From: Octopus vulgaris
Lineage: Eukaryota
NCBI GenBank assembly: GCA_951406725.2
Contig: OX597821.1
Location: forward strand, 29,636,001-29,700,000
DNA: 64,000 nt
Reading direction: 5' to 3'
In this document: piece after piece, positions 1 through 12,567 of the stretch
Layout of the letters: each line of letters opens with the position of its first letter
Position numbering within the stretch: position 1 is the first letter of the stretch
Position numbers and translations under genes: made by a program
The notes under the pieces: model-generated
Seen by the model: only the letters and a program-made list of their open reading frames with translations
Databases searched by the model: none
What the model was told of the DNA's origin: nothing

Positions 1-20
1 AAGAGCAATAAATAAATATC

Positions 21-233
21 CATTCTACTATATGCACAAGGCCTGAAATGTTGGGGGAGGGGGTTGGTTGATCACATCCACCCCAGTACTTGACTGGTAC
101 TCATTTTGTCAACACACAAAAGATGAAAGAAAGTTGAACTTGGCTGAATTTGAACTCAGACAGTAATGACAGATGAAATGTCACAAAGCATTTTGCCCAA
201 CATGTTGATAATTCTACCAAGGTCACCACCTTA
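21..233 (-). mobile_element. Degenerate Nin-domain SINE (family B, older tail type)
   Basis: Reverse complement resembles the family B core (tctgagttcaaattcagccaagttcaacttt..tcatc...aaatgagtaccagtcaagtactgggg) and the ..catttcaggccttgtgc tail. Confidence 0.7.
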
Positions 234-326
234 TGCAATAAATAAATATCACAAAATATTTCATTAACATTTTTATAACTTCATCAATCCATCACCCTGT
301 CGAATGTGTGTGTGTGTGTATTTCAG

Positions 327-419
327 AATACATATGCTAGAGAAGGCTTCAGTGAAACAGGATTTTTCGTAACTGGAAGTCGTTCTTGGTACCAGCCCAC
401 AAGGTTTCTCAAACAATGA
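327..419 (+). CDS. Candidate terminal coding exon of an unidentified gene (NTYAREGFSETGFFVTGSRSWYQPTRFLKQ*)
   Basis: Acceptor tatttcag|AAT at 326/327. Non-repetitive 30-codon frame ending TGA at 417-419; the other two frames stop early. Protein not recognised. Confidence 0.35.
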   Translation, partial: NTYAREGFSETGFFVTGSRSWYQPTRFLKQ

Positions 420-654
420 ACAGTTCTGATATACTTCCGTGGAGATCTGCAGACAAACACATTTTTTATGAATGGTGCACATATTTATTTATATGCAATG
501 GCCTCCTTCCAGTTTCTCTCAACCAAATTTTACTTGTAGTGTATATTGGTCAACCAAAAGCATTGGCAAAGGACACCATCCACACTATTCGTGCAGTTTG
601 ACCAAATGTCTACCACATGGATATGAAGCTAACCTCTTGACCACACAGATTCAT

Positions 655-1020
655 ATTCTTTTCCGGGTTTCAGTCATTTGACTGCGGCCATAGTGAAACA
701 CCAACTTGAAGGGGTTTAAATCAAATAAGCCAGCCCCAGGACTTATTTTTTGAGCCTAGTACTCATTCTATCTGGTCTCTTTTGCAGAACTGATAGGTTA
801 CAGGGACATAAACACACAAACACCAGTGGTCAAGTAGTGATACCAGGGACAAGCACAGACACGAACACACTCACACACACACACACACACGTATATATAC
901 ATACAGTGGGCTTCTTTTCAGTTTCCATCTACCAAATCCATTCACAAGGCATTGGTTGGCCTCATGTTACAGTAGAAGACACTTGCTCAAGGTGCCACAC
1001 AGTGTGACTGAACCCAGAAC
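655..1020 (-). mobile_element. tRNA-derived SINE family A, diverged copy
   Basis: Tail gtttcagtcatttgactgcggcca, internal (CA)n, and core ttttcagtttccatctaccaaatccattcacaagg shared with many copies in the window. Confidence 0.85.
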
Positions 1021-1255
1021 CATATCACTGAGTCCAGAGGATATAGGTTACTCATGCATGACCATCATGCATCTTTCTTTCCCTCACGTGATCATCTTTA
1101 TAATTCATTCATGGCTGTTCTAGAGGCCCGGGTGTATCCTATCTATCACTCTCTTCTATCTCATCTCTTGTCAAAGAAAATATTTCTCCAGCATATATAT
1201 ACACATATGCATATGTGTATATGTATATTTATATATATATATATATGCATATGTG

Positions 1256-1304
<49 letters not shown>

Positions 1305-1549
1305 GCACACACAGACATAAACTTTTATACCCCGAGTCCAATAACCGTTTCTTAGAACTCAATATACGTTGCAGTATACAAATACTTCAAAAGGATTTGA
1401 GGAAGCAATAAGATGTTGTGCTCATACTCAACTCTAGGTACACAGTCCTTTATTGCATAAACAGCTGTCACTTAATGAAAGTAATCACATACCTCTTCTC
1501 TTGCTATTCATCCTGATGCATATATGTATATATATATATACATATATAC

Positions 1550-1582
<33 letters not shown>

Positions 1583-1682
1583 TATATATATAAGATATAG
1601 ATAGTTAGATAGATACACACACAAATACATAAGCATTTGTCCAATCTAATGCTGGCATGGAACAAGGACATTAAATCATAAG

Positions 1683-1719
<37 letters not shown>

Positions 1720-2439
1720 TATCACCCTAATTATATTGTGTTAATGCCACAGAGACAATAATTTGAAAGAGAGATATTATAGGAGAACTACCTAGCAACA
1801 GAAATGTTTACTTCATTCAATAATAATAATAATAATAATGATAATAATAATAATCAATACAGTAAATGAAAAATAAACACTGCATGTACCCTAGACACAC
1901 AGACCTGCACTCACTTGTGTAGTGAGTGAAATGCACTCAACAAAAATAAGACTAATGAAACAATAATAATAATAATAATAAAAATAATAGTAATAATAAT
2001 GAGGAATACCCAGCCACGCTAATAACAGATGTTACTAAACGTAATGCACTTATCTACTATCCCCATGGAACAGATGCGTATATATATATATATATCATCA
2101 TCATCATATATACACATATATATATGTGTGTGTGTGTATAAATAGCTATGGAGAAATGTGAGCACTCTCTTTGGGTTTTGTTTGTTTTATACATCTAATT
2201 CACTGCAAATATGTAGTAATGCATGTAATACAGATAATCTATGTGTATATGTAACTGTGCATGTTTGACATGTGCCTATGTATTTTTATTTTGTTTTTTT
2301 TTTTTATATTTAGGAGCAAGGGAAGGTATTTTTGTTTGTATTTCTTTCATTTTTTTTTTCAATGTGACCTACTCATAATTTTCGTTGTTTTTGAATGAAG
2401 TCACATTTGGTGGTACTGAGTGAGTTCTTAGTAAACCGA

Positions 2440-2625
2440 GGGCTATACTTTTCAGTGTACAAATCAAATTTTTCTAACCAAAATTTACAGCCAAGACGGT
2501 TATACTGACTTATACATAAGATACCTTTAAACGACCAAAAATTCCATGTGAAATGCAGCAAGATTTGGAACAATAATGATGCTGTATGAATGTTTACACT
2601 ACATGTTTATGCTACATATTATGGG
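2440..2625. mobile_element. Degenerate dispersed repeat (DNA-transposon/MITE-like); second copy at ~6990-7170
   Basis: Shared blocks tttacagc...acttatac...caaaaattcca(t/a)gtgaaat(g/a)cagcaagatttggaa...tgaatgttta at both loci. Confidence 0.55.
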
Positions 2626-2773
2626 GACTTGTATGCCAGACAACACAGTATGATACCATGAATAAACAGGGATTCTCTGATATCTGAATATACTTAGTCT
2701 CACATTAAAATTAGGCCCCATTTCTTTTTTTTTTGAAAGAAGACTGAATTGACTGGTTTAAATGCCATCAAGA

Positions 2774-3183
2774 TTTACTCTTTTACTTGTTTCAGTCATT
2801 TGACTGCGGCCATGCTGGAGCACCGCCTTTAATCGAGCAACTCGACCCCGGGACTTATTCTTTTGTAAGCCCAGTACTTATTCTATCGGTCTCTTTTGCC
2901 GAACCGCTAATTAACGGGGACATAAACACACCAGCATTGGTTGTCAAGCAATGCTAGTGGGACAAACATAGACACACAAACATATACACACACACATATA
3001 TATATATATACATATATACGACGGGCTTCTTTCAGTTTCCGTCTACCAAATCCACTCACAAGGCTTTGGTCGGCCCGAGGCTATAGTAGAAGACACTTGC
3101 TCAAGGTGCCACGCAGTGGGACTGAACCCGGAACCATGTGGTTGGTAAACAAGCTACTTACCACACAGCCACTCCTGCGCCTA
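2774..3183 (-). mobile_element. Full-length young tRNA-derived SINE family A
   Basis: Minus strand: tRNA-like head ggcgcaggagtggctgtgtggtaag (A box) ... ggttcagtccc (B box), central domain, (TA/TG) microsatellite, tail ggcggtgctccagcatggccgcagtcaaatgactgaaacaagtaaaagagtaa. atttact occurs on both flanks. Confidence 0.92.
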
Positions 3184-3504
3184 TTTACTTTAACCTTTCC
3201 TTTCAAGTGGCCCAACTAATGTAGTAAAAGCTATTTATTTAAAACGCAAACAACATTCTACCGTGCAAAACTCATTTACATTGCCTGGTGAACACCAGAT
3301 GTTGTGATTTGATGATATGGTTTAGAACCATCTGTATCCTATTACATGACAAAACCACTCATTGATATTATTGGCAAAAAGATAAACAACAGAAAACTGA
3401 GGACCAACCAAAATTAATAAAAGGTAGAGATTCCTCATGAAGCAAGGTGAAACATTTTTCATTTATGGCTGCTTAAAGAAGGCAAGTTGATGGTCTGATT
3501 CTTT

Positions 3505-3814
3505 CTGTGGTACCGACAGAGTATGGGTTTGGCATGTAAAAAGTACCATCCAAACATGCTGGCTTCCGTGCTGGTAGCACGTAAAAAGCACCAACCGATC
3601 AACCTCGCCTGGCACCTGTGCCGGTGGCATGTAAAAAGCACCCACTACACTCATGGAGTGGTTGGCGTTAGGAAGGGCATCCAGCTGTAGAAACACTGCC
3701 AGATCAGACTGGAGCCTGGTGCAGCCTTCTGGCTTCCCAGATCCTGGTCGAACCGTCCAACCCATGCTAGCATGGAAAACAGACGTTAAACAATGAGGAT
3801 GATGATGATGATGA
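3505..3814 (+). mobile_element. RTE-associated SINE 3' part (family C); degenerate copies near 8780-8930, 21080-21300 and 23225-23430
   Basis: ggcgttaggaagggcatccagctgtagaaac core, three internal ~48-bp repeats (g(c/t)atgtaaaaagcacc), and tail ccaacccatgctagcatggaaaacagacgttaaac(gat)n. Confidence 0.75.
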
Positions 3815-4599
3815 AATATATAGAATTGGAGATGTATGAAGCTCTATAAGGATATGGAGAAAAGAGTCTGTTCATTTCAGTTGAGCAAATAAAATCTGTA
3901 AGATGGCTTATGGCTATGGAGTTCACTTTGTAATGATGAGATTTCAAGTTCTATCTCACTACATAGCACCTTAAGCAAGTTTCTTCTATTTATAACCTCA
4001 GTCCAATGCCTTGTCAGTAGAATTGGTAGTCTGTCCACATGTGTGTGTGTGTGTGTGAATATTTACATTGTGGGTCTTCACATGAAACCATTTCAACAAA
4101 ATGCTGATGTTACATTGACATGTCTTGCAAACCCTCTAACTGTGAAATTAAATTTCATGTTTATTTCCCGTAATGATGTTAAATACCTGGCAAAATGTAA
4201 AATTAGAATTTTATGCAAGACATGTTGCTTCAGTTAACATATATCAACAAAAAATAGTTTTAAACATGATATTCCTCAACAAAAGATAAACAAGTATATA
4301 AAACAGTTTTCCACAGTTATGGCTAATGATATTTTGAGTGGATAAATCTGATTCCTGCAGTACAAGGCATTTAAAAAAATGTCATCCTGTACTTTTAAAA
4401 GCCAATACCACCATGACCGATATCTAGTCTACAGTGGAGAAGGCTAGCCACTGGATTTGGTTAAAAAAAGACGATGAGCGATGGCTAGAAGGATATTGAG
4501 CTTTATTTGATAACCAGCTGATCTAGCAAGCGGGTCCCCATATCAGTGAGGTGTGTGTGTGGGGGGTGGGGGGGTGCGCATTGATGCCGTCGAGAGGTA

Positions 4600-4945
4600 G
4601 GCCCCGAAACAGCGTGCATTCTCTCCCGATGACCCCATACACTCGCTGGCTTCCAGTATACGGAGTTTTTGACTGGTAGCATTTGCATGTGCAAGTTGTT
4701 TGCAAGACATCTATTTTTAAAGACAAATCAAATATAATTAAAAGATCCCTTACGTGAAAAAAAAAGGGGGTAAGGTTTATTTTACAGGAAAGGTTCAAGC
4801 TGTAAAATAATGCCTCAGGTGTCAGTTCAATTGATGCCGGCATTAAAAAAAAAAATGAACACTTTTCATCATAGGTCTGTTTGAATAATGTTGACCTGGA
4901 ATTGTAAGTAACAATGCAGGTCTGCAGACTGGTGGAACTGTAAAA
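4600..4945 (-). pseudogene. Possible frameshifted relic of a Cys-rich (CXC-like) transposase C-terminus
   Basis: Minus-strand frames give PPVCRPALLL.., ELTPEALFYSLNLSCK, CTCKCYQSKTP and EASECMGSSG in collinear order. This resembles invertebrate LPPT..AL..H / PAPEAL..CxCK..CxC..C..C.C repeat ORFs; judged by eye only. Confidence 0.25.
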
Positions 4946-5134
4946 GAACATTGGTCTTAGTTCTTTATGGTATTCGTTCCTGCTCTTTGTATTCTAAGTT
5001 CAAATATTATTATAGGATGAAGACACAGTCTGTCACCCAGTTTAACACCACCATCTTAGCACTTGGATGTCTTTAGCAGAGTCCACTCTCTTGCAAGCAT
5101 TCAGGCCAGATCTCTGGTTTAAGAATATCTCTCT

Positions 5135-5393
5135 TCATTTCTGTAGTTAAGAGATGAGGAATTATGCACATTATTTACTTTATTTACATTTGACAGATAT
5201 TTGTCCTCGTCTTGTTTCCTAATATTATTATTATTATTATTATTATCATTATTATTCAGGTCACTGCTTGGAATTGAACTCGGAATCTCGGGGTTAGTAG
5301 CCAGCGTTCTTAACGACTACAGGCATATGGCGTAGTGGTTAAGAGCGTGGGCTACTAACCTCAAGATCCCGAGTTCATTTCCAGGCAGCAACT

Positions 5394-5433
<40 letters not shown>

Positions 5434-5450
5434 CACCGAAAAATACCTTA
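5135..5450. mobile_element. Head-to-head inverted pair of tRNA-derived SINE heads (family D)
   Basis: 5256-5320 is the reverse complement of 5332-5398 (gtagtggttaagagcgtgggctactaacc..gatcccgagttcatttccaggcag). Each head is followed by (AAT)n. Confidence 0.8.
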
Positions 5451-6279
5451 CCCAGGAGCAGTCTCCTTTTCCCTGAACAAAAAGCTTGAAAGTACAAATA
5501 ATCACATGACGTTCAATTTTGTGAATAAAACCTTTGGTAAAGGGGCATGACTGTTACAGCCTCCTATTTTCTTGTCTAATTAATTCCAAGATTTATGCCA
5601 ACTTTACAAATCATCATCATTATCATCACTACTGCCATTCATCATCAACAGAATGGTTTAGTAGTCATTTGTGTTACAAGGTATTTTTGTTCTTTTTTTT
5701 GTTACTGTGGAGGTGGTCATAGTGAGGAATTGCAGAACTTTGATATATGTATAATTTGTTTCTCTTATTCTGTTTTTTATTTCTTCTTTCTTTTTTTTTT
5801 TTTTGGAAAATGAGTGAAATGTGATTGACAACATGAATGATACTGCTTCTGCTTTATTATTTTATAAGCCAAGCACGTCTTCCAGATTCTTTAGGAAAAA
5901 AATCTTTTCTAAAGAGAAAGGCAGAGAGAGGGTATGTGTGTGTGTTTTGCATGATGGAATTTTGGAACGCAGTGGCTGCTATTATCACAAAACAATCCAT
6001 AAACTGCAGGGATGATGTTTGCACACCATGCAAGTAGAGTTAAACGTGGCTGTTATGATGAACTTGTTTAAATATTCACTGTTCAAAGACTAGCTGTATG
6101 CATGACAATACATGGTACATATTTACAAATGCAAACTAGGTTGTGTTAACACTAAAGTAGGGGGGAACAAGTAAGAATAACTAAGAACAACAGTACAGTG
6201 TAGGTAAGAATACTGAACGCAGATGGATACAGATAGGAACACTGCATACACACAGATATATATACATATATCCTTAATT

Positions 6280-6610
6280 TTTTTACTTATTCGAGTCACT
6301 GGACAGTGGCCAGGCTGGGGTACTACTTTGAATGATTTAGTTGAACACATCAACCCCAATACATATTTTTAAGTCTGGTACTAATTCTATTGGTCTCTTT
6401 TGCAAAACCCTAAATTATAGAGATGTAGACAAACCAATACCAGTTGTTAAGTAGTGGTGAGACACACACACAGATATATATGTATGTATGGCAGAATTCT
6501 TTCAGTTTCCTTCTACCAAATCTCCTGACAAGGATTTAGTCAACTTGGGGTTATAGTAGAAGGTGAAGTACAGTGGAGTTGAATCCAAGACCGTGTGGTT
6601 AGGAAGCCAC
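6280..6610 (-). mobile_element. Highly diverged SINE family A copy
   Basis: Residual ttctattggtctcttttgc, ttctttcagtttccttctaccaaatc and gtgtggttaggaagc motifs. Confidence 0.65.
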
Positions 6611-8693
6611 ACCAAAAAATATTTGGATATTTCTTTGCCAGCAGATCCAAGTACCACCACCTTCACTAGTAACACAACTTTATGTAACAACCCCCAATCA
6701 CCACCACTCCAGTTATTTTGGTATTGCCATCCTCCTGCTTTTGTGTAGCTATCTTTCTTTGTAGTTTCTATATATATTTTTTCTTTTATTTTCTTTTATA
6801 ACTGGATTTGATCCCAAGCTCCCATTCAGTCCCCAAATGAGCCCTTAGGTTCACAAAATATCTTTTGAAAGGAATCACTGCTGCAGATAAAACCTAACAC
6901 TCAGACTTCATGCTTTTAAGCTCCTTATTCCAGATTACCTGACCATGTTGTTATGAACCGGTAACTCCTATGGACATAATCTGAACCTACTGTTTTTTCT
7001 GGCATAAAGTCCAATTTTACAGACCAAGTTTACAGCTGAAAGTGGTAGGTCAACTTATACTCTAAGATGACTTTGGAGGATCAAAAATTCCAAGTGAAAT
7101 ACAGCAAGATTTGGAAAGATAGAGACAATGTTTGAATGTTTATACAATGTGTTTACATTATATACCATGTCAACTTGAGTATGCAGGTAAATACAGTTGG
7201 CAGCGAGATGTGGAAAACCAGAATAACAGGAGGAGTAATTCATCAGCTGTGAATCAATAAATACCACTTGAGTACATTTTGAGCACGAAAATGGATGCGT
7301 GTGTGCATGCACGTGTGTGTGCACACGTTTGTGCATAATGTCAAAATGTAATGTTTTGCTAAGGTGTTTTTTTTATATTTTCATGGAAAAACAGATGTTT
7401 AATGATGATGGTTTTCTTCAGTCTTTTGATGCTATCACTTCAGTCATGCGTGTGTATCCGTATGTGTATGTGAGTGTATACATGTACATGTGTGTATACG
7501 TGCACACACGTTTGTGCAGCTGTATTTTAACCCCTTGTCTGCAAAGCTTGTGTCAAGCCAAGGCTGTGTGATAGAAGTTATTTGCCCCAGTTGCCATTCT
7601 AAGGTACCAGATCCAAGATCTCATGATTGCAACTAAACTTTTTAAACATTCAGCCATGCCTGTGTTCCGTGTGCATACGCACTTGAATAATCGTACAAGT
7701 ATATATCATCCGCATCTGTCAGGCCCTGCATTAACAATGGGAAGGTAAACTGATTGAAATTCTGATCTGACTCATTAATTTCTTTCCCTCCTGCCTTCCC
7801 TTGCCGCTGTATCAACTGCACTGTCTGACTGTATTAGCTAATATATCTGTTTAAATAGCCAATAAGAGCTGGGTTTGGTAAGGGCAAAGTGACATAACAA
7901 AACACAGGGATGAAACATCATAACTAGAAACCAGAGAGACAGACAGACAGACAGTAAATATGTGGAAGTGTGGGTGAGTGGATGAAGGGTGTACGCGCGC
8001 GCACACACACACACATACATGCAACTCTTCTACAATGACCTTCTACAGGATTACTCGTCCAGCTAGGATTAATAGTCAAGTCTCTTTTATATGATGTAGT
8101 CATAGATTAGACATTCTCTACAGACAGTAAGGTCATGGTTGGAATATCTTCAATCACAGGTCAAACCACAACAGTAAAGAACATGTAAGCATGTGTTAAA
8201 AGGTCATTGGATGAATAATGAAACATACAGTTTACATGTATCCCATATACACGTGCGTGCCTGTGAAAAGAGAGAGAGAGCAAGAAGAGGGGGGGACAAA
8301 ATGTGAAGATGGAAGAAGTGAAACATGCCCATGCTGGAGCACTGCCTTGGATTGGCTTTAGTCAAATTATGTCAACCATAGATCTTTTTCAGTCACGGGC
8401 TTAACTTACAGAACTCCATTTGACGAACTGCTAGCTTATGGAGCATAAACAAAGCAGTGCTTTTCATAGTTTCAATGGGAAGATATGGAGAAAACACATT
8501 TATTCAAGTACACACACACACACACACACATATATACACACATAGGTACACACATGCACGGGCAGGCCTCCGCACTGCTTGTACTAATTTCATTTAGGTG
8601 GCAGTAATCATATCAAGACTTATTTAAAAGACCAAGTAATGGGACTGATTGTGAGATGTACTTGTCAATCACTCAAGGTGTATGTGTGTGTGT

Positions 8694-8747
<54 letters not shown>

Positions 8748-9620
8748 TGATGTGTATTCCAGCTCTAGAACAGATACACTGCATTCTTGCGAGTCATAAG
8801 AGGCGACTAAAAGGGTTTCTGGCAGGAAGGGTATCCAGCCACCAACCAAATCCTAAGAAAAACCCATCCAATCTATGCTAACTCGGAAAAGTGGACGTAA
8901 AGCAGCAATGATGACTATGTTGATGACGACGACAAGGGTTGGTGATACACATAGAGTTGAGTACAAAGATACTAATACAGACAGAAATATAGAACGACAG
9001 GTAGACGGGTAGGTGAAGACAGATAGGAGTAGACAGGTCAAGCAGACCAATAGACAAACTGAGATAGAAAGATAGACAGGTCAGTCAGAGACACATTGGT
9101 AGCAAGGCGATGAAATTCTCTCTCTCTCTCTCTTATTGTTGTTGTTGTTCAGAAAAAAGGTATTCATTTCAGTAGACAGATAGGTGAATTATTGAGATAT
9201 GGTGCAGAGAAGAGGACGAAGACATGAAATATTAATCAGAACTTGTATTTGGTATGAGATAGGATATGGAGCGAAGAGAATATTTAAAGTCGGACATGTT
9301 GAATGACGGACGAAGGAAAGACAAACAAGAAAGATTGGCTGACAATAAAACTACTTACATAAATAAGTGAATGAATGAGCGAACGAGATAAATACAATGA
9401 AAGAATAGGAACAAATAGGCAGATTAGAGAATCAGAGAAAAAGATGCACATAAATAATAGAAAAATAACAGAGGCAGGAAGAATGAACGGAAAGAGAAGA
9501 AAGGTCCAGACAACAAAGCTTGAATAAAGAAACGTGTGTGGGAGAAAGAGTTACGAGATGGGGAAAAAAATGATTGAGGAAGGGAGGAAGGCGAGTGATA
9601 GAAATGGAGAAATGAGTGAC

Positions 9621-10085
9621 AGAGAGGGAGAGAACAGTGTTAGATGGGGGAGAAAGGGCGATAGAGAGGGAGAGAACAGTGTTAGATGGGGGTAAAAGGG
9701 CGATAGAGAGAGAGAGAACAGTGTTAAGGGGGGGGAAAGGGCGATAGAGAAGGAGAGAACAGTGTTAGATGGGGGAAAAGGGCGATAGAGAGGGAGAGAA
9801 CAGTGTTAGATGGGGGGGGAAAGGGCGATAGAGAGGGAGAGAACAGTGTTAGATGGGGGAAAAGGGCGATAGAGAGGGAGAGAACAGTGTTAGATGGGGG
9901 GGGAAAGGGCGATAGAGAGAGAGAGAACAGTGTTAGATGGGGGGAAAAGGGCGATAGAGAGGGAGAGAACAGTGTTAGATGGGGGGAAAAGGGCGATAGA
10001 GAGGGAGAGAACAGTGTTAGATGGGGGGAAAGGGCGATAGAGAGGGAGAGAACAGTGTTAGATGGTGGGGAAAGGGCGATAGAGA
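9621..10085. repeat. Minisatellite, ~42-bp unit x 11 (agagagggagagaacagtgttagatggggggaaaagggcgat)
   Basis: aacagtgtta recurs 11 times at 41-43 bp spacing and explains ORF 9803..10111. Confidence 0.95.
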
Positions 10086-10762
10086 AGGAAAGGAAGGTAG
10101 AGAAATACTGATTACCGATTTAAAATAGTGAAGAGAAGGGTGATAAAGAGAGGAAAGAGTGATAGAGAGGGGGGAATAGATGGGGGGAAATTGTTAAACT
10201 GGGTGAAAGTGAAAGTAGGGAGAAAATGTTAGAATTGAACAGTGATAGAAGGGAGGAGTAATATAGATGGAGTAAGAGTGATAGAGAAGGAAAGAGAGTA
10301 ATATCTGAGAGAAGAGAGTGATACATGGGTTACGAAAGAAAGTTAAGAGAAAGTGATAGAGGGGGAAGAGAGTGCTACAGAGAAGCGATAATGAAAGTAA
10401 AAAGAGATGAAGACGGAGTGGTAGAAAGCGGGAAAAATAAACGATAGAGAAGGAATTTCTAGATCTGGAGAAGGGAGAAAAAGAGAGAGGGGGGGACAGA
10501 GAGAAATATGACATTATAGTGTCAGACAAAAGTAACGAGAGAGAGAAAAAAAAAAGAAAAAGAAAGGAAAATACATGAAACGATATAAATCAAAAGATGA
10601 AAAGTCTAAACAGAGAGAGGTGGGTGAATGTACAGAAAGTAACGAGACAAAATAATATTGGGAAAGACTGAATGAAGGATGTTGAGAAGGCATGGAAGGA
10701 AAAAAATTTAAGATGTAGAAACAGATCGTGTGTGTGTGTATGTATTAGTGTGTATGTGTGTG

Positions 10763-10764
<2 letters not shown>

Positions 10765-10818
<54 letters not shown>

Positions 10819-10827
10819 TAGATAGAC

Positions 10828-10866
<39 letters not shown>
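10765..10866. repeat. (GACA)n(GATA)n microsatellite
   Basis: Direct reading; similar arrays at 11070-11370, 12470-12566 and 49085-49300. Confidence 0.95.
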
Positions 10867-10867
<1 letters not shown>

Positions 10868-11068
10868 TTCTTTATTGCCCACAAGGGGCTAAACATAGAG
10901 AGGACAAACAAGGACTCGACCCCAGTGCGAAACTGGTACTTTTATTTATCGACTCCGAAAGGATGAAAGGCAAAGTCGACCTCGGCGGAATTTGAACTCA
11001 GAACGTAACGACAGACGAAAATACCGCGAAGCATTCCGTCCGGCGCGCTAACGTTTCTGCCAGCTTGC
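10866..11068 (-). mobile_element. Nin-domain SINE family B
   Basis: Reverse complement reads gctggcagaaacgttagcgcgccgg..gagttcaaattccgccgaggtcgactttgcctttcatcctttcggagtcgataaa..gtaccag..tttagccccttgtggg. Confidence 0.9.
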
Positions 11069-11160
11069 AAATAGATAGATAAATAGATAGATAGACAGAC
11101 AGCTAGATAGATATACATATAAATAGATATATATATATAGATAGACAGACAGATAGATAT

Positions 11161-11209
<49 letters not shown>

Positions 11210-12529
11210 TAGATATATAGATAGATATATAGACAGACAGACAGATAGATATATAGATAGATATATAGACAGACAGACAGATAGATAGATAGATGCATAC
11301 ATACATACATACATACATATGTACGTACATACGTACATACATACATACATATGTACGTACATACGTACATATATTATGTATGTATGTGTGTATATATTCC
11401 TTCTCTACCATTTCTGCGACAGTCTTTCCTCTCCACATTGGAAGTGATTGTCAAAGAGATGGCTGAGAAAGAATAGGCGAGACAGATTAAGTGTGACGGA
11501 GACAGGTGGCAAAAACAAAATCAAATAAAAAGACGTAATGGAAAGAAATAGGGGCTGTTTAGCCCCAGGTAAGGTCTAATTGAACAGACGGTCTACTGTT
11601 GTTCATAGATCAAAGAAAATTTCATTTTTTGTTTTTTAGCGAGTGGATTGAAATCTCTAAGTGTCCCCCTTTTATTTTGAAATAGGAGAGTGTAATTTAA
11701 AGATTAACAAAATGCTATTTCAACCAGGTCGAATTATCACAGGATGCTCCCTCATCGCGATCAAGAAAGAGTGAAAGAAAAAAAAATAGACGGATAGTAA
11801 GTAAAAGAGAGACTGGTAACGAAAGATCGAAATAGGATGAAATAAAACCGCAAAATGAACAGTAGCAGGAAATATATATACATAGAGGCCGGTTAGGGGG
11901 ATGCCTGATGAAAGAATGAAGAATGATTGAAAGACAAGAAAAAGGGAGAGAAACTGAAGAGAATGGTTAAACGAAAGAGAGAAAGAACGACAGAAAGAAA
12001 GAGAAAGCAATGAAGAAAAGATATAAAATAGAAAATTAAAAAAAGCAACAGAACACAAACAAGGAAAAAGTGAGTCAGACATAGAGAAAAAAATTGCGGG
12101 GTGAAACCGAAAAGTTACGTGAACGGAGGATGCTTAAATAAATAGATATATAAGTCGGCCACGTGGTTACAGGTTCGGTTTCGTTCGGTTCCGCTGAGCA
12201 AGTCTAGGCAGATAGAAATTATGATATAAATGACAGTTTTGTGTGTGTGTGTATGTATGTGTTGTGGAGGGATAATAAATAGCTATAAATATACGCTAGC
12301 TTAGATGATAAGAGAAAACAACATAGATTATCTATAGATACAGCGATGACATATATAGAGAGATTAGATACATATATATAGGTAAATAGATATAAATATA
12401 TGGATACAATCATAGATATACGGATACAAGTATACACATAGCTATTATAGATATAAAGATATGTGATTAATGTGGACGGGCGGACGGACAGACGGACGGA
12501 CGGACGGACGGGCGGGCAGACAGACAGAC

Positions 12530-12567
<38 letters not shown>

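Noticed and set aside
4876-4904. Plus-strand micro-exon (catag|..|gtaagt)
   Set aside because: Only 29 nt with a weak pyrimidine tract; indistinguishable from chance.
5321-5398. Functional tRNA gene
   Set aside because: No acceptor stem or T-run terminator; it continues into (AAT)n and a SINE body. The same applies to 17565-17639.
9803-10111. Repetitive 102-aa ORF, or a CRISPR-like array
   Set aside because: Plain tandem minisatellite with no unique spacers, in a eukaryotic context.
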